Positions 32,539 through 45,333 of a DNA stretch of 64,000 nt are shown here, in pieces (positions within the stretch are counted from its first letter, which is position 1; the number at the start of each line of letters is the position of its first letter). Where the stretch lies: contig CAVPIW010000016.1 in the NCBI GenBank assembly GCA_963705105.1, forward strand, positions 1 to 64,000, written 5' to 3'. The notes beneath the pieces were generated by a model, which was not told where the DNA came from, did not search any database, and saw only the letters and a program-made list of their open reading frames with translations. The translations under genes and the position numbers were made by a program. Source of the DNA: an uncultured Nitrospiraceae bacterium (GTDB lineage Bacteria; Nitrospirota; Thermodesulfovibrionia; Thermodesulfovibrionales; Dissulfurispiraceae).

Positions 32539-33032
32539 CCTTCTTCCCTCCCGCTCAGCGTTAAAAGGGTATCCTTTGATCTTGTTATACCCTTGTAATC
32601 TTTGACATTTTCCCTGACGATGACCGCATCCCTCGTAATCTTATGGATAATACCGGAACGCAGCCCGAGTTTCATGCCCTCGCGGATCGTATAGGACTTC
32701 CCGTCGGGCAAGGTGACGACAGCATAATTGCCGTGGCTGTTCTGCAGAATCGCGATGACCCTGAAGTCCATGATTTCAAAATGATCAATCGGGCTATCAG
32801 ATTTCTTCTTCTCTTTTCCTGTTTTTGCAATAAGAGGAGCAAAGGGGTCCCGCCGGTCTCCCGCATCATACTCGGGAAGTGAGTGCCCCTGCGTATTGGC
32901 AACCTGCTGGACCGCCTTCTGTTGGTTCTGGTTTGCTTTCTGGCCCTGGTCGACAGCCAGTGAAGCTGCCGGCGATGCGAGCAGCAGGGCGGTACTCATC
33001 ACTGTTGCGGTTAAAGTCCATGCGCTCTTCAT
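32535..33032 (-). CDS. pilP: Type IV pilus assembly protein PilP
   Basis: RRDPF, PDGKSY, G..LG...G; position in the operon. Confidence 0.88.
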   Translation of the reverse strand: MKSAWTLTATVMSTALLLASPAASLAVDQGQKANQNQQKAVQQVANTQGHSLPEYDAGDRRDPFAPLIAKTGKEKKKSDSPIDHFEIMDFRVIAILQNSHGNYAVVTLPDGKSYTIREGMKLGLRSGIIHKITRDAVIVRENVKDYKGITRSKDTLLTLSGREEG

Positions 33033-33739
33033 TTTTTCTTCTCTTGTTCCGACGGTTTGGTGTTGGTAGCGGTTTCTTTGTCCTTGTTCTTGTCTTTGTT
33101 TTTCTCTTTTTCGGCCTTCTCCATGGCCTTCTTCTCCTCATTCGACAGGAGAGAATAGGTGAGCGTCGTGAAGCTGATTGTCAGCGGCTGCTCACTTTTC
33201 AGATACCGTTTGCTCGAAACCTTCATGGTGAAATCGGGGATATTGATGATCCTCTGGAGTTTCGCAATGCCGCTTAGGAACTCCCCGTACCGGTGAAAGC
33301 TCCCGAGCATCTCGACCTCGACGGGTATTTCCGTGATCTCCCTGCTTGCATGAAGGGATCTTTCCTTGGGCTTCCATGTCAGCACCTGGAGTCCTGAGCC
33401 GAGACCGACGTCAGAAACCTGCCTCAGGAGAGACGATATCTCCTTTTCCTGGGGCAACTGGAGCTGGAGGGTATCGATGGCGCTTTTCAGTTTGTCGTTT
33501 TCCCCCATGAGCGTTGAGAGTTTAGCCGTCTTCTGCCGTGCGATCATGATGTCACCCTGCTGTTTTTCGAGTTCCTGGACGAGACGGCTCCTTTCGCTGA
33601 TCGCAGGGACGATGAAATAGAAGATGAAGAGGGCAGCGACGATGACGGGAGGAACGATGTACAGGAGCCTCTTCTTCATCGGCGTCAGATTTTCCATGTT
33701 CAACTGCAGATTCGGTTTCATGTTCAGGTTCACGTGCAT
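33029..33739 (-). CDS. pilO: Type IV pilus assembly protein PilO
   Basis: TM segment, LPQEKEISSLL, GSFH....F...I..L.RI. Confidence 0.9.
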   Translation of the reverse strand: MHVNLNMKPNLQLNMENLTPMKKRLLYIVPPVIVAALFIFYFIVPAISERSRLVQELEKQQGDIMIARQKTAKLSTLMGENDKLKSAIDTLQLQLPQEKEISSLLRQVSDVGLGSGLQVLTWKPKERSLHASREITEIPVEVEMLGSFHRYGEFLSGIAKLQRIINIPDFTMKVSSKRYLKSEQPLTISFTTLTYSLLSNEEKKAMEKAEKEKNKDKNKDKETATNTKPSEQEKKK

Positions 33740-33750
33740 TCCCCCCTGGC

Positions 33751-34293
33751 CTACGTCTTTGCCCTGAAATTGAACTTGAATTTATAAACGGCCACCTTTT
33801 CGACCTCAGCCTGTTTCGTCTCCGTCAGGTTGACATCGGAGATGCGCTCCGATTTCTTGAGGTTCTCCATGTACGATACGATCTCGGCCGGCGAGAAGGC
33901 ATACCCTTCGACATTCATGGTGTTGTCCTTGAATGTGAGGGTGTTCAGCCAGATGCCGCTGGGAAGCTGGACGCCGAGGTCGTTGATGATCTTCATGGGC
34001 AGGGCCTGGTCTCTCTTGAGCGATTCGATGAGAGACTTTCTTTTCTCCAATTCCTTGTTCAGTTGCTCAAAGCGTTTGACCTCTTCGAGCTGCTTGTCGA
34101 GACTGGCCAGGAGGGCACGGTTCGTTTCGACCTCCGCTTTTTTCTGGTCCACATGTGACTTCAGGAAAAATGTGGCTGCCCCCATGACACAGACCGCGAC
34201 GAGAGTGAAAAGAGCGATCCTGGTGAGGACGCCGTACGAGCCCTTGCCCTTCGTCTTTTTCTTTTCCTCCGGGAGAAGATTGATCTTAATCAT
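33751..34293 (-). CDS. pilN: Type IV pilus assembly protein PilN
   Basis: MIKINLLP N-terminal PilM-binding motif, TM segment, P.GIWL. Confidence 0.93.
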   Translation of the reverse strand: MIKINLLPEEKKKTKGKGSYGVLTRIALFTLVAVCVMGAATFFLKSHVDQKKAEVETNRALLASLDKQLEEVKRFEQLNKELEKRKSLIESLKRDQALPMKIINDLGVQLPSGIWLNTLTFKDNTMNVEGYAFSPAEIVSYMENLKKSERISDVNLTETKQAEVEKVAVYKFKFNFRAKT

Positions 34294-35347
34294 TCTTGTC
34301 TCCAAACCGCCTCAAGGCGAGACCGACTGCGACAGAGGCGAGCGGTCCCATCTCGGAAATATAGGCTTTGTCTAATTTATCGGGAACCCTGATGTTTTTA
34401 AAGGGGTCCACAACGTCCACGGGCACGCCGATGCGCTCTGACATCATCTCGGGGAAGTCCTTCATGAGCGCGGCGCCTCCGCCGAGCATGATCCTGCCGA
34501 TCGCTTGCTCGCTGATGCTGCTGTTGAAGTACTCGAAGGACCGGTAGATCTCCGCATAAATTTCATCGGACGCCGAATCCATGACCATGCGGGAATCATC
34601 CTCGGATATGCCTTCAACGACCTGTCCTCTCATCAATCTCTCGGCATCCTCCCGCGACGCTTTCAGTATTCTTTCGAAGGCATCGACATGATAGTTGTTC
34701 CCGATGGAGGTATCCCTGACAAAGATGGGCGTTCCTTCATGGAGGATGCTGATGTTGGTCTTGCTCGCCCCGACGTTGACGAGGGCGATGTTCCGGTGTT
34801 CAGTGGCATCGTAGTTTGCCTCGTAGGTGTTGCACATCGCGAAGGAGTCCACGTCGACGACGGATGCATGAAATCCGGCGGCCTGAACGGCGTCGACATA
34901 ATCCTGCATCACGTTCTTCTTGACGGCCGCGATGATGACTTCCATCTGCTCTTCCTCTCCCTTCTTGGGTCCGAGTATCTGGAAGTCGATGTTGACGTCC
35001 TGGATGTCGAAGGGGATGTACTGCTCAGCCTCATAGCTGATCGATGTGGAGAGCTCTTCATCCGTCATCATGGGGAGGGTTACCTTCTTGATGATTACGG
35101 AGGAGTGTCCGGAAATACCCACGACGACGGTGCCGCGCTTTATTCCGGATTTCCTGAAGAGATCCCGTATCGCCGATACGAGAGCCTCCCGGTCACAGAT
35201 GACCCCGTCGGTAATGATGCCAGGCGGAATCGGCATATAGTCGAAGTATGAGAGTTCATAGCCGTTCTTCCTGTCCTGGAGTTCCACTGCCTTGATACAG
35301 CTTGAGCCGATGTCGAGACCGATGGTATGCTTTTTTCCGAACAACAT
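34286..35347 (-). CDS. pilM: Type IV pilus assembly ATPase-like protein PilM
   Basis: GLDIGSS.IK, EAEQYIPF, VDVDSFA, AVGLALR. Confidence 0.95.
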   Translation of the reverse strand: MLFGKKHTIGLDIGSSCIKAVELQDRKNGYELSYFDYMPIPPGIITDGVICDREALVSAIRDLFRKSGIKRGTVVVGISGHSSVIIKKVTLPMMTDEELSTSISYEAEQYIPFDIQDVNIDFQILGPKKGEEEQMEVIIAAVKKNVMQDYVDAVQAAGFHASVVDVDSFAMCNTYEANYDATEHRNIALVNVGASKTNISILHEGTPIFVRDTSIGNNYHVDAFERILKASREDAERLMRGQVVEGISEDDSRMVMDSASDEIYAEIYRSFEYFNSSISEQAIGRIMLGGGAALMKDFPEMMSERIGVPVDVVDPFKNIRVPDKLDKAYISEMGPLASVAVGLALRRFGDKND

Positions 35348-35689
35348 AGTTTTTCCTTATCAGAGTTTTTTTACCCGTCAATTATTTTTTTATCGGATAA
35401 AATTGCCACATCTTAAGTCGGAAAAAAATACCTATTCGTTTTTTCAGGACCTGATGCCGGCGTGCTGTCCGTTTTTCTTGCTGCACGCCGGGGCGTGATG
35501 ATGTGCCGGTTTTCCGGCTTTCCGCGACGGTTTATGCGGGGACTGCTGACGGGTGAATGTCTCGGCGGTATCTGCGCCATGCCGTTATCTTATGCAATCA
35601 TGAAAGGAACGGGCTGTGATGCCTCTCACACCAGCGGCACAGAAATCGTTACGCAGTGCGTTGTGAGACTGTACACCTTGCATTTGAAA

Positions 35690-35847
35690 GGAAAGGCGGG
35701 GTGAAGTGCTCTGAAAAACAGTGTCGGTGTCAGTGTGAGTGCCAGTAAAAAGGCTCACTTTTTCGACCATCGGCTTGAAACGTCTTCTTTTGTGACGGTT
35801 AAGGTACCGCCGCATCAAGGTTTTCGGCGCATGCACCCCGCCTTTCC
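35690..35847 (+). repeat. Intergenic ~160-bp repeated element, copy 2
   Basis: 14-bp perfect terminal inverted repeat GGAAAGGCGGGGTG...CACCCCGCCTTTCC. Confidence 0.8.
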
Positions 35848-35913
35848 TGAGGGCGTATGCAACGATAGGATAAACAATAGTCGGTGTCAGTCAAAGGCTG
35901 TTGCGGCAGGATG

Positions 35914-35949
35914 AAAATGAGGGATGCGGGGACAACGGCCCGCATCCCC
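35914..35949 (-). terminator. Probable aspS terminator
   Basis: GGGATGCGGG/CCCGCATCCC stem followed by a short T tract on the minus strand. Confidence 0.55.
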
Positions 35950-35967
35950 TACGGCGTAAATGTAAGG

Positions 35968-37773
35968 CTACAGGGGCAGGTCGACTTTGATATGCAGCTC
36001 CTTTGTCTGTTTCGCCTCCACGGGAGAGGGCGCGCCGCTGAGGAGGCAGACGGCCTTTTGCGTCTTCGGAAAGGCGATGACATCGCGGATCGTATGCGCC
36101 CCGACCATGAGCATGACGAGACGGTCGAGCCCGAGGGCGATGCCGCCGTGGGGCGGTGCGCCGTATTCGAGGGCATCGAGGAGGAACCCGAATTTCATGG
36201 CCGACTCGTCGTCGGAAATGCCGAGGACCCGGAACATCCTTTTCTGTATGTCCCTGCGGTGTATACGGATGCTGCCCCCGCCGATCTCGTTGCCGTTCAG
36301 GACGAGGTCATAGGCCTTTGCCCGGAGCGATGAAAGGAGCCCGGCCTGCTTCAGGTAGGCCTCGCCGGAAAGCTCCTCCTCCGGCAGGGAGCAGATGCGT
36401 TCACAGTCCTCGTCGACGGGTGACGTGAAGGGATGATGCATCGCGGCGAACCTCTTGTCCTCCTCGTCCCATTCGAGAAGAGGGAAATCGGTGATCCAGA
36501 GGAAGTCGAAACCTTCCCGGACCAGATTCAGGCGCTTGGCGAGGCTGAGTCTCATGCGGCTGAGAACATCGTGGACAACCCTTTCCTTGTCGGCTACAAA
36601 GAGCAGGAGGTCTCCCTCCGCTGCTTCGAGGCGCTCCGCCATTTGCTGCAGGATGCCCTCGGGAAAGAACTTGGCGATGGGCGATTCGAAGCCGTTTTTC
36701 ACCCTGATCCAGGCGAGTCCCTTTGCGCCGAAGGACTGCGCCTCTTCGGTGAGCATGTCAATTTCCCGCCTTGAGAGTCCCGCCATCGTTTTAGCGTTGA
36801 TCCCCTTCACCCTGCCGCCTGCATTGAGGGTGTCGTTGAACACCTTGAACGATCCCTCGCGGACGAGATCGGCCACGTCCTTCAGCTCGAGGCCGAACCG
36901 GGTATCGGGCTTGTCGTTGCCGAAACGCTCCATGGATTCCCGGAAGGACAGGCGCGGGAAAGGCAGGGAGACGTCATGGCCGAGGACCTCCCGGAAAAGC
37001 TTCCCGATCATCGTCTCCATCAGGGACATGATATCGGAGCTGTCGATGAAAGACATCTCAAGGTCGACCTGCGTGAATTCGGGCTGCCTGTCCGCCCGGA
37101 GGTCCTCGTCACGGAAGCATTTGACGATCTGGAAGTACCGTTCCATGCCGGCGACCATGAGAATCTGCTTGAAAAGCTGGGGTGACTGGGGCAAGGCAAA
37201 AAAATGTCCCGGGTTGAGCCGGCTCGGGACAAGGTAGTCCCGGGCCCCCTCGGGAGTGGATTTTGTCAGCATCGGCGTTTCCGTCTCCACAAAGCCTTCC
37301 CCGTCGAGAAAGTCCCGTATGGTCTTCGTGATGCGGTGCCGGATGACGAGATTGCGCTGCAGCTCGGGCCTCCTGAGATCGAGGTAGCGGTGTTTGAAGC
37401 GGAGAAACTCGGACGCCTCGTGGGCCTCCTCCAGGGGAAAGGGCAGGGGCTGGGATGTGTTGAGGACCGTCATCGTCGCGGCATAGACTTCGACCATGCC
37501 TGTCGGGAGAGAGGCATTCTCCGTTCCTTCGGGCCTCCGCCTCACATCACCGCGCACGGCAATGACGAATTCCCCCCGCAGGTCGTGGGCGGCACTGTGG
37601 GCCTCAGGGGACACGTCAGGGCTGAAGACGATCTGGATGATGCCGCTCCGGTCCCGCAGGTCGACGAAGATAAGACCGCCGTGATCACGTCTCCGGAACA
37701 CCCATCCCGCAAGGCTGAGGGTTGATCCGACATCGGCCTCGCGGACATCACCACACCACTTGTCACGAATCAT
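35968..37773 (-). CDS. aspS: Aspartate--tRNA ligase (probably non-discriminating)
   Basis: [36 protein letters not shown]; His in RDHGG and Gly in RPEG are typical of ND-AspRS. Confidence 0.97.
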   Translation of the reverse strand: MIRDKWCGDVREADVGSTLSLAGWVFRRRDHGGLIFVDLRDRSGIIQIVFSPDVSPEAHSAAHDLRGEFVIAVRGDVRRRPEGTENASLPTGMVEVYAATMTVLNTSQPLPFPLEEAHEASEFLRFKHRYLDLRRPELQRNLVIRHRITKTIRDFLDGEGFVETETPMLTKSTPEGARDYLVPSRLNPGHFFALPQSPQLFKQILMVAGMERYFQIVKCFRDEDLRADRQPEFTQVDLEMSFIDSSDIMSLMETMIGKLFREVLGHDVSLPFPRLSFRESMERFGNDKPDTRFGLELKDVADLVREGSFKVFNDTLNAGGRVKGINAKTMAGLSRREIDMLTEEAQSFGAKGLAWIRVKNGFESPIAKFFPEGILQQMAERLEAAEGDLLLFVADKERVVHDVLSRMRLSLAKRLNLVREGFDFLWITDFPLLEWDEEDKRFAAMHHPFTSPVDEDCERICSLPEEELSGEAYLKQAGLLSSLRAKAYDLVLNGNEIGGGSIRIHRRDIQKRMFRVLGISDDESAMKFGFLLDALEYGAPPHGGIALGLDRLVMLMVGAHTIRDVIAFPKTQKAVCLLSGAPSPVEAKQTKELHIKVDLPL

Positions 37774-37831
37774 GGTACCTCCGAACATTGAATGTAATTA
37801 ATCATATCGCTGCAACTGCAACAGGGTCTCC

Positions 37832-37990
37832 GGAAAAGCGGGACGAGGATGCCGAAAAGCCTTGGTGCTGCGAAACCTTTGCCGTCACAAAGACAACGTT
37901 GCAGGACGATGTCTGAAAAAAGGTGAACCTTTTGCTGACACTCACACTGTCACTGACACTGTCGTTCAGAGCACTTTGTCCCGCCTATTC
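37832..37990 (-). repeat. Intergenic ~160-bp repeated element, copy 3 (inverted relative to copy 2)
   Basis: Reverse complement aligns along its length with 35690-35847; terminal stem GCGGGAC/GTCCCGC. Confidence 0.8.
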
Positions 37991-38031
37991 ATGCGTCTGA
38001 AAGGTTAACTCTGCTGCCGTGGCGGCGGGCA

Positions 38032-38751
38032 TCACGACTGCAGGAATTTCTTCAGTTGCTGCAGCTCCTCCGGGGCCATGGCCCTCATCTCCCCGGGACG
38101 CAGATCACCGAGCTTCAGGCCGTCGATGGCCACCCGGATGAGGCGGATCACCGTATACCCGATCTTTTCGAACATCCTCCGTATCTGTCTCTTTTTCCCC
38201 TCGTGGATGGACATCTCGACCCAGCAGTTGCTCTCCCTGTGGCGCACATTGAGCACCCGCGCCGGGGCGGTCATGCCGTCCTCGAGACGGATGCCTTTCC
38301 TGAGTTTTTCGATGTCCTCGTTTCCGATCAGTCCCTTTACCTTGACGAGGTAGACCTTGGAAATTTTTTTCGAAGGGTGCATCACGGCATGGGCCAGCGC
38401 CCCGTCATTGGTGACGATCAGGAGCCCCTCGGAATCATAATCAAGCCTGCCCACGGGGAAGACCCTGTAACGGGTATCCTTCAGGAAATCTGCGACGGTC
38501 TGCCTGCCCTCGGGGTCCGAAAGGGACGTCACGACGCCCCTCGGTTTGTTGAATTTGTAATACACCTTCGGCTGCGTCTCCGTGCAGAGCTTGCCGTCAA
38601 CCTTAATATGGTCCCGCGACGGGTCCGCCTTCATCCCCAGGCTCGCCGTCACGCCGTTGACCGTTACCCGGCCTTCCGCGATGAACTCCTCGGCTTTCCG
38701 CCTGGATGATATGCCGAACCGGGCCAGGACTTTCTGAAGGCGCTCTTCCAT
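38032..38751 (-). CDS. rluB: rRNA pseudouridine synthase (RluB/RsuA family)
   Basis: ERLQK.LA, SRRKAE S4 domain, GRLDYDSEGL, EGKKRQIRRM. Confidence 0.88.
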   Translation of the reverse strand: MEERLQKVLARFGISSRRKAEEFIAEGRVTVNGVTASLGMKADPSRDHIKVDGKLCTETQPKVYYKFNKPRGVVTSLSDPEGRQTVADFLKDTRYRVFPVGRLDYDSEGLLIVTNDGALAHAVMHPSKKISKVYLVKVKGLIGNEDIEKLRKGIRLEDGMTAPARVLNVRHRESNCWVEMSIHEGKKRQIRRMFEKIGYTVIRLIRVAIDGLKLGDLRPGEMRAMAPEELQQLKKFLQS

Positions 38752-38767
38752 AATTCAGGCGCAGCGA

Positions 38768-39715
38768 TCAGAGCTTGATCTCAATGTACGATTTTTCCCT
38801 GAGGCCCCTGATCCAATTCCTGTATTCCGTCTTGAACCTCTCCTCGAGCAGTTGCTGCCTCACCATCTCCCTGGTCTGCGCGGGATCCTTGAAGCTGCGC
38901 TTGTCGTTCACTTTGAGGATATGCACTCCCCTGCCGGTCCAGAAGGGCTCGCTCACGTCGCCGGTCTCCATCGTCACCAACACATTTATGAACTCTTTCG
39001 AGAGGTCTTTCGTCCGCACGAAGCCCAGGTCTCCGCCGCTCCTCGCGCTCGAATCCTCGGAAAACTGCTTCGCCAGGGTCCCGAAGTTCTCGCCCTTCCT
39101 GATCTGATCGTAGATGCCCCGCGCTTTTTTTTCCGTCTCTTCGCGGTTGTCGCCTGTGCTGAGGAAGATATGACTGATCGCGTATCCTTCGCTGTCCGAG
39201 ACGATCTCCGGCTTCTTCATGAGAAACCCGTTGATGTCGGTCTCCGTCACGACGATCTTGCTTCTCACCTCCTGATCGACGATCCTGTTAATGGTGATCT
39301 GTTCGGCCAGCTTCTTCCTGTATTCCTCCGGGGTAAACCCCTCCTTTTTTATCATGCTGAAAAACTGGTCGTCCGTCAGTGAGTACTTGCCCTTGATCCC
39401 CGCGATGACACGGTCCACTTCCTCTTTGTTTGCGAAGATGCCGACTTTCTCCGCCTCCTGCAGCTGCAGCCTCATGTCGATAAGGGTTTCGAGAAAGAAC
39501 TTTTCGCTCTCCCTGAAAATCTTGCTTCGCTCCTCGGTGCCAAGGGCCTTCATCTCTTCGCTCGCCTCGAATTCCATTGTCTTGTATAGATCGCTCCATG
39601 TGATGACATCCTTGTTCACGATGGCCACGACCTTGTCGAGGAGCGTGGTACCATATGCAAAGCCCGTGAAAAGAAGCATAAGAGCGCAAAGAAAGTATGT
39701 CGTTCTTCTGATCAT
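38768..39715 (-). CDS. SurA-type parvulin peptidyl-prolyl isomerase
   Basis: DKVVAIVN, ISHIF, F..LAKQFSED, GGDLG, GVHI. Confidence 0.88.
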   Translation of the reverse strand: MIRRTTYFLCALMLLFTGFAYGTTLLDKVVAIVNKDVITWSDLYKTMEFEASEEMKALGTEERSKIFRESEKFFLETLIDMRLQLQEAEKVGIFANKEEVDRVIAGIKGKYSLTDDQFFSMIKKEGFTPEEYRKKLAEQITINRIVDQEVRSKIVVTETDINGFLMKKPEIVSDSEGYAISHIFLSTGDNREETEKKARGIYDQIRKGENFGTLAKQFSEDSSARSGGDLGFVRTKDLSKEFINVLVTMETGDVSEPFWTGRGVHILKVNDKRSFKDPAQTREMVRQQLLEERFKTEYRNWIRGLREKSYIEIKL

Positions 39716-39780
39716 GAGTCGGCCTCCTTGAAATTCTCCCACGACAACCGATGAGTTCCGGGCACTTCCGGTTTATGATT

Positions 39781-40809
39781 CTAACATATCCGGGGCAACT
39801 GCTCTCCAGGGAGCATATCCATGACCCGCGTGCCTCCGATGGCGGTCTTCAGGAGCACCATGCCCGTCGTCATCCTGTCGGCCGCCGACACTTCGCCGAT
39901 GACGGACGCCCTCCGCCCGAGAGGGTGAGCCGTCATCCGTTCAAGAATAGGACCGGCGGCCCCGGGTGAGACGACGGCGATGAGGCATCCTTCATTTGCG
40001 ACGTAGAGCGGATCGAGGCCGAGGAGATCACAGGCCCCCTGCACGCCCGGTGTTATGGGGAGCGCCTGCTCCTCGATGACGGCGCAGTGTCCCGTTTCTT
40101 CGGCGATCTCCCGCAGTGTCGTGGCGACGCCGCCCCTCGTGGGGTCCCTCATCATCTTAACGCCGCCGGCGACGGAGAGCATGGTCCGGCAGAGGTCATG
40201 CAACGGGGCCGTGTCGCTCAGGACGGGCGGTTCGAAACTGATGCCGCTCCTTTCGGACAGGACTGCGATGCCGTGGTTACCGATCAAACCGCTGACGATG
40301 ATTTTGTCGCCCGGCACGATCAGCTCCGGTCCCAGTCTCACGTCGGGCCCCACAACGCCGATGCCGCTCGTGTTGATGAAGAGGCCGTCACCCTTGCCAC
40401 GTTCCACGACCTTCGTGTCGCCTGTGACGATCCTGACCCCGGCACGGTCCGCCGCCTGCGAGATCGATGCAAGAACGGCCTCGAAGGAGGACAGGGGAAA
40501 GCCCTCTTCAATGATGAATCCCAGGGAGAGCACAAGGGGTGACGCGCCGACGACGGCGAGGTCGTTGACGGTGCCGAAAACGGCGAGATCTCCGATATTC
40601 CCTCCCGGGAAAAACAGGGGGGAGACGACATAGGAGTCCGTCGTGAATGCAAGCCTCGCGTCCGGCGTGAGCAGGCCCTGAAATATCCCGGGATCCAGAA
40701 CGGCGGAGTCCCTCAGTTCATGCATGTCGAAGGCGGGCTGGAAATACCTGCGGATGAGATCGTGCATCAACCGTCCGCCGCTGCCGTGTCCGAGCAGGAT
40801 CCTCTCCAT
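39781..40809 (-). CDS. hypE: Hydrogenase maturation protein HypE
   Basis: HGSGG, TTDSYVV, GDTKVV, RDPTRGG, ANEG, C-terminal LPRIC. Confidence 0.97.
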   Translation of the reverse strand: MERILLGHGSGGRLMHDLIRRYFQPAFDMHELRDSAVLDPGIFQGLLTPDARLAFTTDSYVVSPLFFPGGNIGDLAVFGTVNDLAVVGASPLVLSLGFIIEEGFPLSSFEAVLASISQAADRAGVRIVTGDTKVVERGKGDGLFINTSGIGVVGPDVRLGPELIVPGDKIIVSGLIGNHGIAVLSERSGISFEPPVLSDTAPLHDLCRTMLSVAGGVKMMRDPTRGGVATTLREIAEETGHCAVIEEQALPITPGVQGACDLLGLDPLYVANEGCLIAVVSPGAAGPILERMTAHPLGRRASVIGEVSAADRMTTGMVLLKTAIGGTRVMDMLPGEQLPRIC

Positions 40810-40810
40810 A

Positions 40811-41769
40811 TCACTCCTTCGCCGGTCTTGCCCCGACCTGGACTGAGAGAGGGCCCTCCCGGGCCGGACCGAGGGCCGTCACCGCGTAAAAGGCTTCAGC
40901 GGCAAGAGGGAACCGGTCGGTGAACACGGGGCTGAGTGACTCCCCGATTGGAGCGAATTCGCGTTCCTCTGCACTCCTCCGGTAGACCCTGTATCCGGTG
41001 ACCCAGGATTCACGGTTTTCCGTCCACGAGAGATGGACCCTGTCATCGGATGCAGCGAAGCGCAGGCCCGCCGGTGCAGCGGGAACGTAGTCGGCGGGGT
41101 GGACCGTAAGTTCAGCAGAAGGATGCCCCTCTGTCTTCAGGGCGTTATCGAGCACCGTCCGCACCGAGTAAGAGACGGTCCTTGCCGTTTCGACGGAGTC
41201 CCTGAACAGGGGGTCGGACAGGATTGCAACCGGCGCCGGGGAGGAATCAGCTTCACTGCTTCGGTAGATACGGTATTTCACGTCGCCGGGGACTTTTTCC
41301 CACGATATTTCGACGCCGTCGTCCAGAAGCCGGAAGGTCAGCCCTGCCGGAGGGGGGGCGGCTTCGCGGGGACGACATCCAGGGGAGGCGAAAGGTCTCC
41401 CTGCACTTTCTTGAGACTGACGGGTCTGATGGTAAAACTGTAGTGCCGGCCCTGAACGAGGCTGTCCGTGACGTGCGACGTTGCATCGGCCTTCAGGACA
41501 ATTTGCCCGGCAGCCCCCTGCTCCGTCCCGCCGGGGACGGCTTCGTGCTGTTCGATGATGAACCCTTCTATCTTTTTCCGCAGGCCGTCGGGATATTCCC
41601 AGGAGAGAACGACCTTTTCCTCACTCTGCAGGGCCGAGATGGCAGTGACAGCCTCGGGCTTGTCGAAGGCCTTCAGGGTGGGAGCGCCCTTCTTCCCGCA
41701 TGACGGCAGGGTGAACAGGCCGACAAGAAGGGACAGAAAGACGAGCGAGACGTGAGAAGGCCTCTTCAT
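40811..41769 (-). CDS. Fibronectin type III lipoprotein; frameshifted at a homopolymer run
   Basis: Lipobox LPSC followed by GKKGAP; adding one C to the C7 run (41352-41358) joins ORF 41338-41769 to ORF 40811-41281, giving three FN3-like domains. Confidence 0.8.
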
Positions 41770-41773
41770 GACG

Positions 41774-43153
41774 TCAGTCCTTTCCGAGCATCTCCCGGAA
41801 ACGGCTGATCTGCTCCCTCACCATGTCCGGCGACGTGCCTCCCACAGACCGCTTCGCCGTCACCGACCGGGAGGGGGTGATGAAGGTGTAAAGGTCTTTG
41901 CCGAAGGCATCGGAGAAGGACCGGTATTCCCGAAGGTCGACCTCTTCCAGGTTCCTGCCGGTTTCGATGCAGTGACGGACGATCCTGCCCGTGATCTCGT
42001 GGGCCGAGCGGAACGGTACACCCTTTCGGACGAGATACTCGGCGATGTCAGTCGCCGTTGCGAAGCCCGCCCCTGCGCTCTGCTCCATGAACTCTTTCCT
42101 GAAGGTCACCTGCCGGAGCATGTCAGGGAGGATGGCGAGCACCGCCGTGACGGTATCGATCGTGTCGAACACGGGCTCCTTGTCCTCCTGCATGTCCCGG
42201 TTGTAGGCAAGGGGGAGCCCCTTCATCATCGTGAGAAGGCTGAAAAGATTTCCGTACACACGGCCCGTCTTGCCCCTCATCAGCTCTGCAACATCGGGAT
42301 TCTTCTTCTGCGGCATGATGCTCGATCCCGTGGTGAAGGCGTCGGAAAGCTCGATGAAGGAAAACTCCGCCGTCGACCAGAGGACAAGCTCCTCGGCGAG
42401 GCGCGAGACATGCATCATGAGCAGCGCCGATGCGGAGAGGAACTCGACGGCGAAATCCCTGTCCGAAACTGCGTCGATGCTGTTCTCCGACACGTCGTCG
42501 AAGCCGAGAAGCTCGGCCACATAGTGCCTGTCGATGGGGAGGGACGTGCCTGCAAGGGCGCAGGACCCCAGGGGAAGCACGTTGAGGCGCTTCAGGAGGT
42601 CCCGGAAGCGCTCCCTGTCCCGCCGGAGCATCTGCGCGTAGGCCATGAGGTGGTGCGAGAGGAGCACGGGCTGGGCCCTCTGGAGGTGCGTGAACCCCGG
42701 CATGATGACGCCGAGATGATCCTCCGACAGGTCGACGAGCACACCCGCTGCATCCTTCAGCAGGGCGATGATCCGGCCCACTTCATCCCGCAGGAGCATC
42801 CTCAGGTCCAGGGCCACCTGGTCGTTTCTCGACCTGGCCGTGTGAAGCCTGCTGCCTGCTTCGCCGATCTTGTCACGGAGCGACTGCTCGATGTTCATAT
42901 GGATGTCCTCCAGTTCCTCGCGGAACAGGAAGGTCCCCCTTTCGATCTCGCGGCCGATCTCCTTCAGTCCCCGGACGATGCTGTTCGCGTCTTTCTTCGG
43001 TATGATCTTCTGCTTCGCCAGCATCTTCGCGTGGGCGATGCTTCCCTCGATATCGTACCGCCAGAGACGCCTGTCGAAGGATATCGACTCGGTGAAGCGC
43101 TCGACGCTCTTCGCCGTCGCGCCCGTGAACCTGCCCGACCAGGGTTTCTTCAT
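41774..43153 (-). CDS. argH: Argininosuccinate lyase
   Basis: [33 protein letters not shown]; start 43153 or 43168. Confidence 0.97.
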   Translation of the reverse strand: MKKPWSGRFTGATAKSVERFTESISFDRRLWRYDIEGSIAHAKMLAKQKIIPKKDANSIVRGLKEIGREIERGTFLFREELEDIHMNIEQSLRDKIGEAGSRLHTARSRNDQVALDLRMLLRDEVGRIIALLKDAAGVLVDLSEDHLGVIMPGFTHLQRAQPVLLSHHLMAYAQMLRRDRERFRDLLKRLNVLPLGSCALAGTSLPIDRHYVAELLGFDDVSENSIDAVSDRDFAVEFLSASALLMMHVSRLAEELVLWSTAEFSFIELSDAFTTGSSIMPQKKNPDVAELMRGKTGRVYGNLFSLLTMMKGLPLAYNRDMQEDKEPVFDTIDTVTAVLAILPDMLRQVTFRKEFMEQSAGAGFATATDIAEYLVRKGVPFRSAHEITGRIVRHCIETGRNLEEVDLREYRSFSDAFGKDLYTFITPSRSVTAKRSVGGTSPDMVREQISRFREMLGKD

Positions 43154-43172
43154 CGGTCCTTCAGGCATCCTC

Positions 43173-45266
<2,094 letters not shown>

Positions 45267-45333
45267 AACTACCCCCTTTGTATCACTTGGTAAATTTCAG
45301 GACCTTTTCGTTCGTATCACGGCCGGAGGCCGT

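Noticed and set aside
35715..35750. GTGTC(A/G) microrepeats as a CRISPR array
   Set aside because: Units are about 6 bp with no spacers and no cas genes; they belong to the repeated intergenic element
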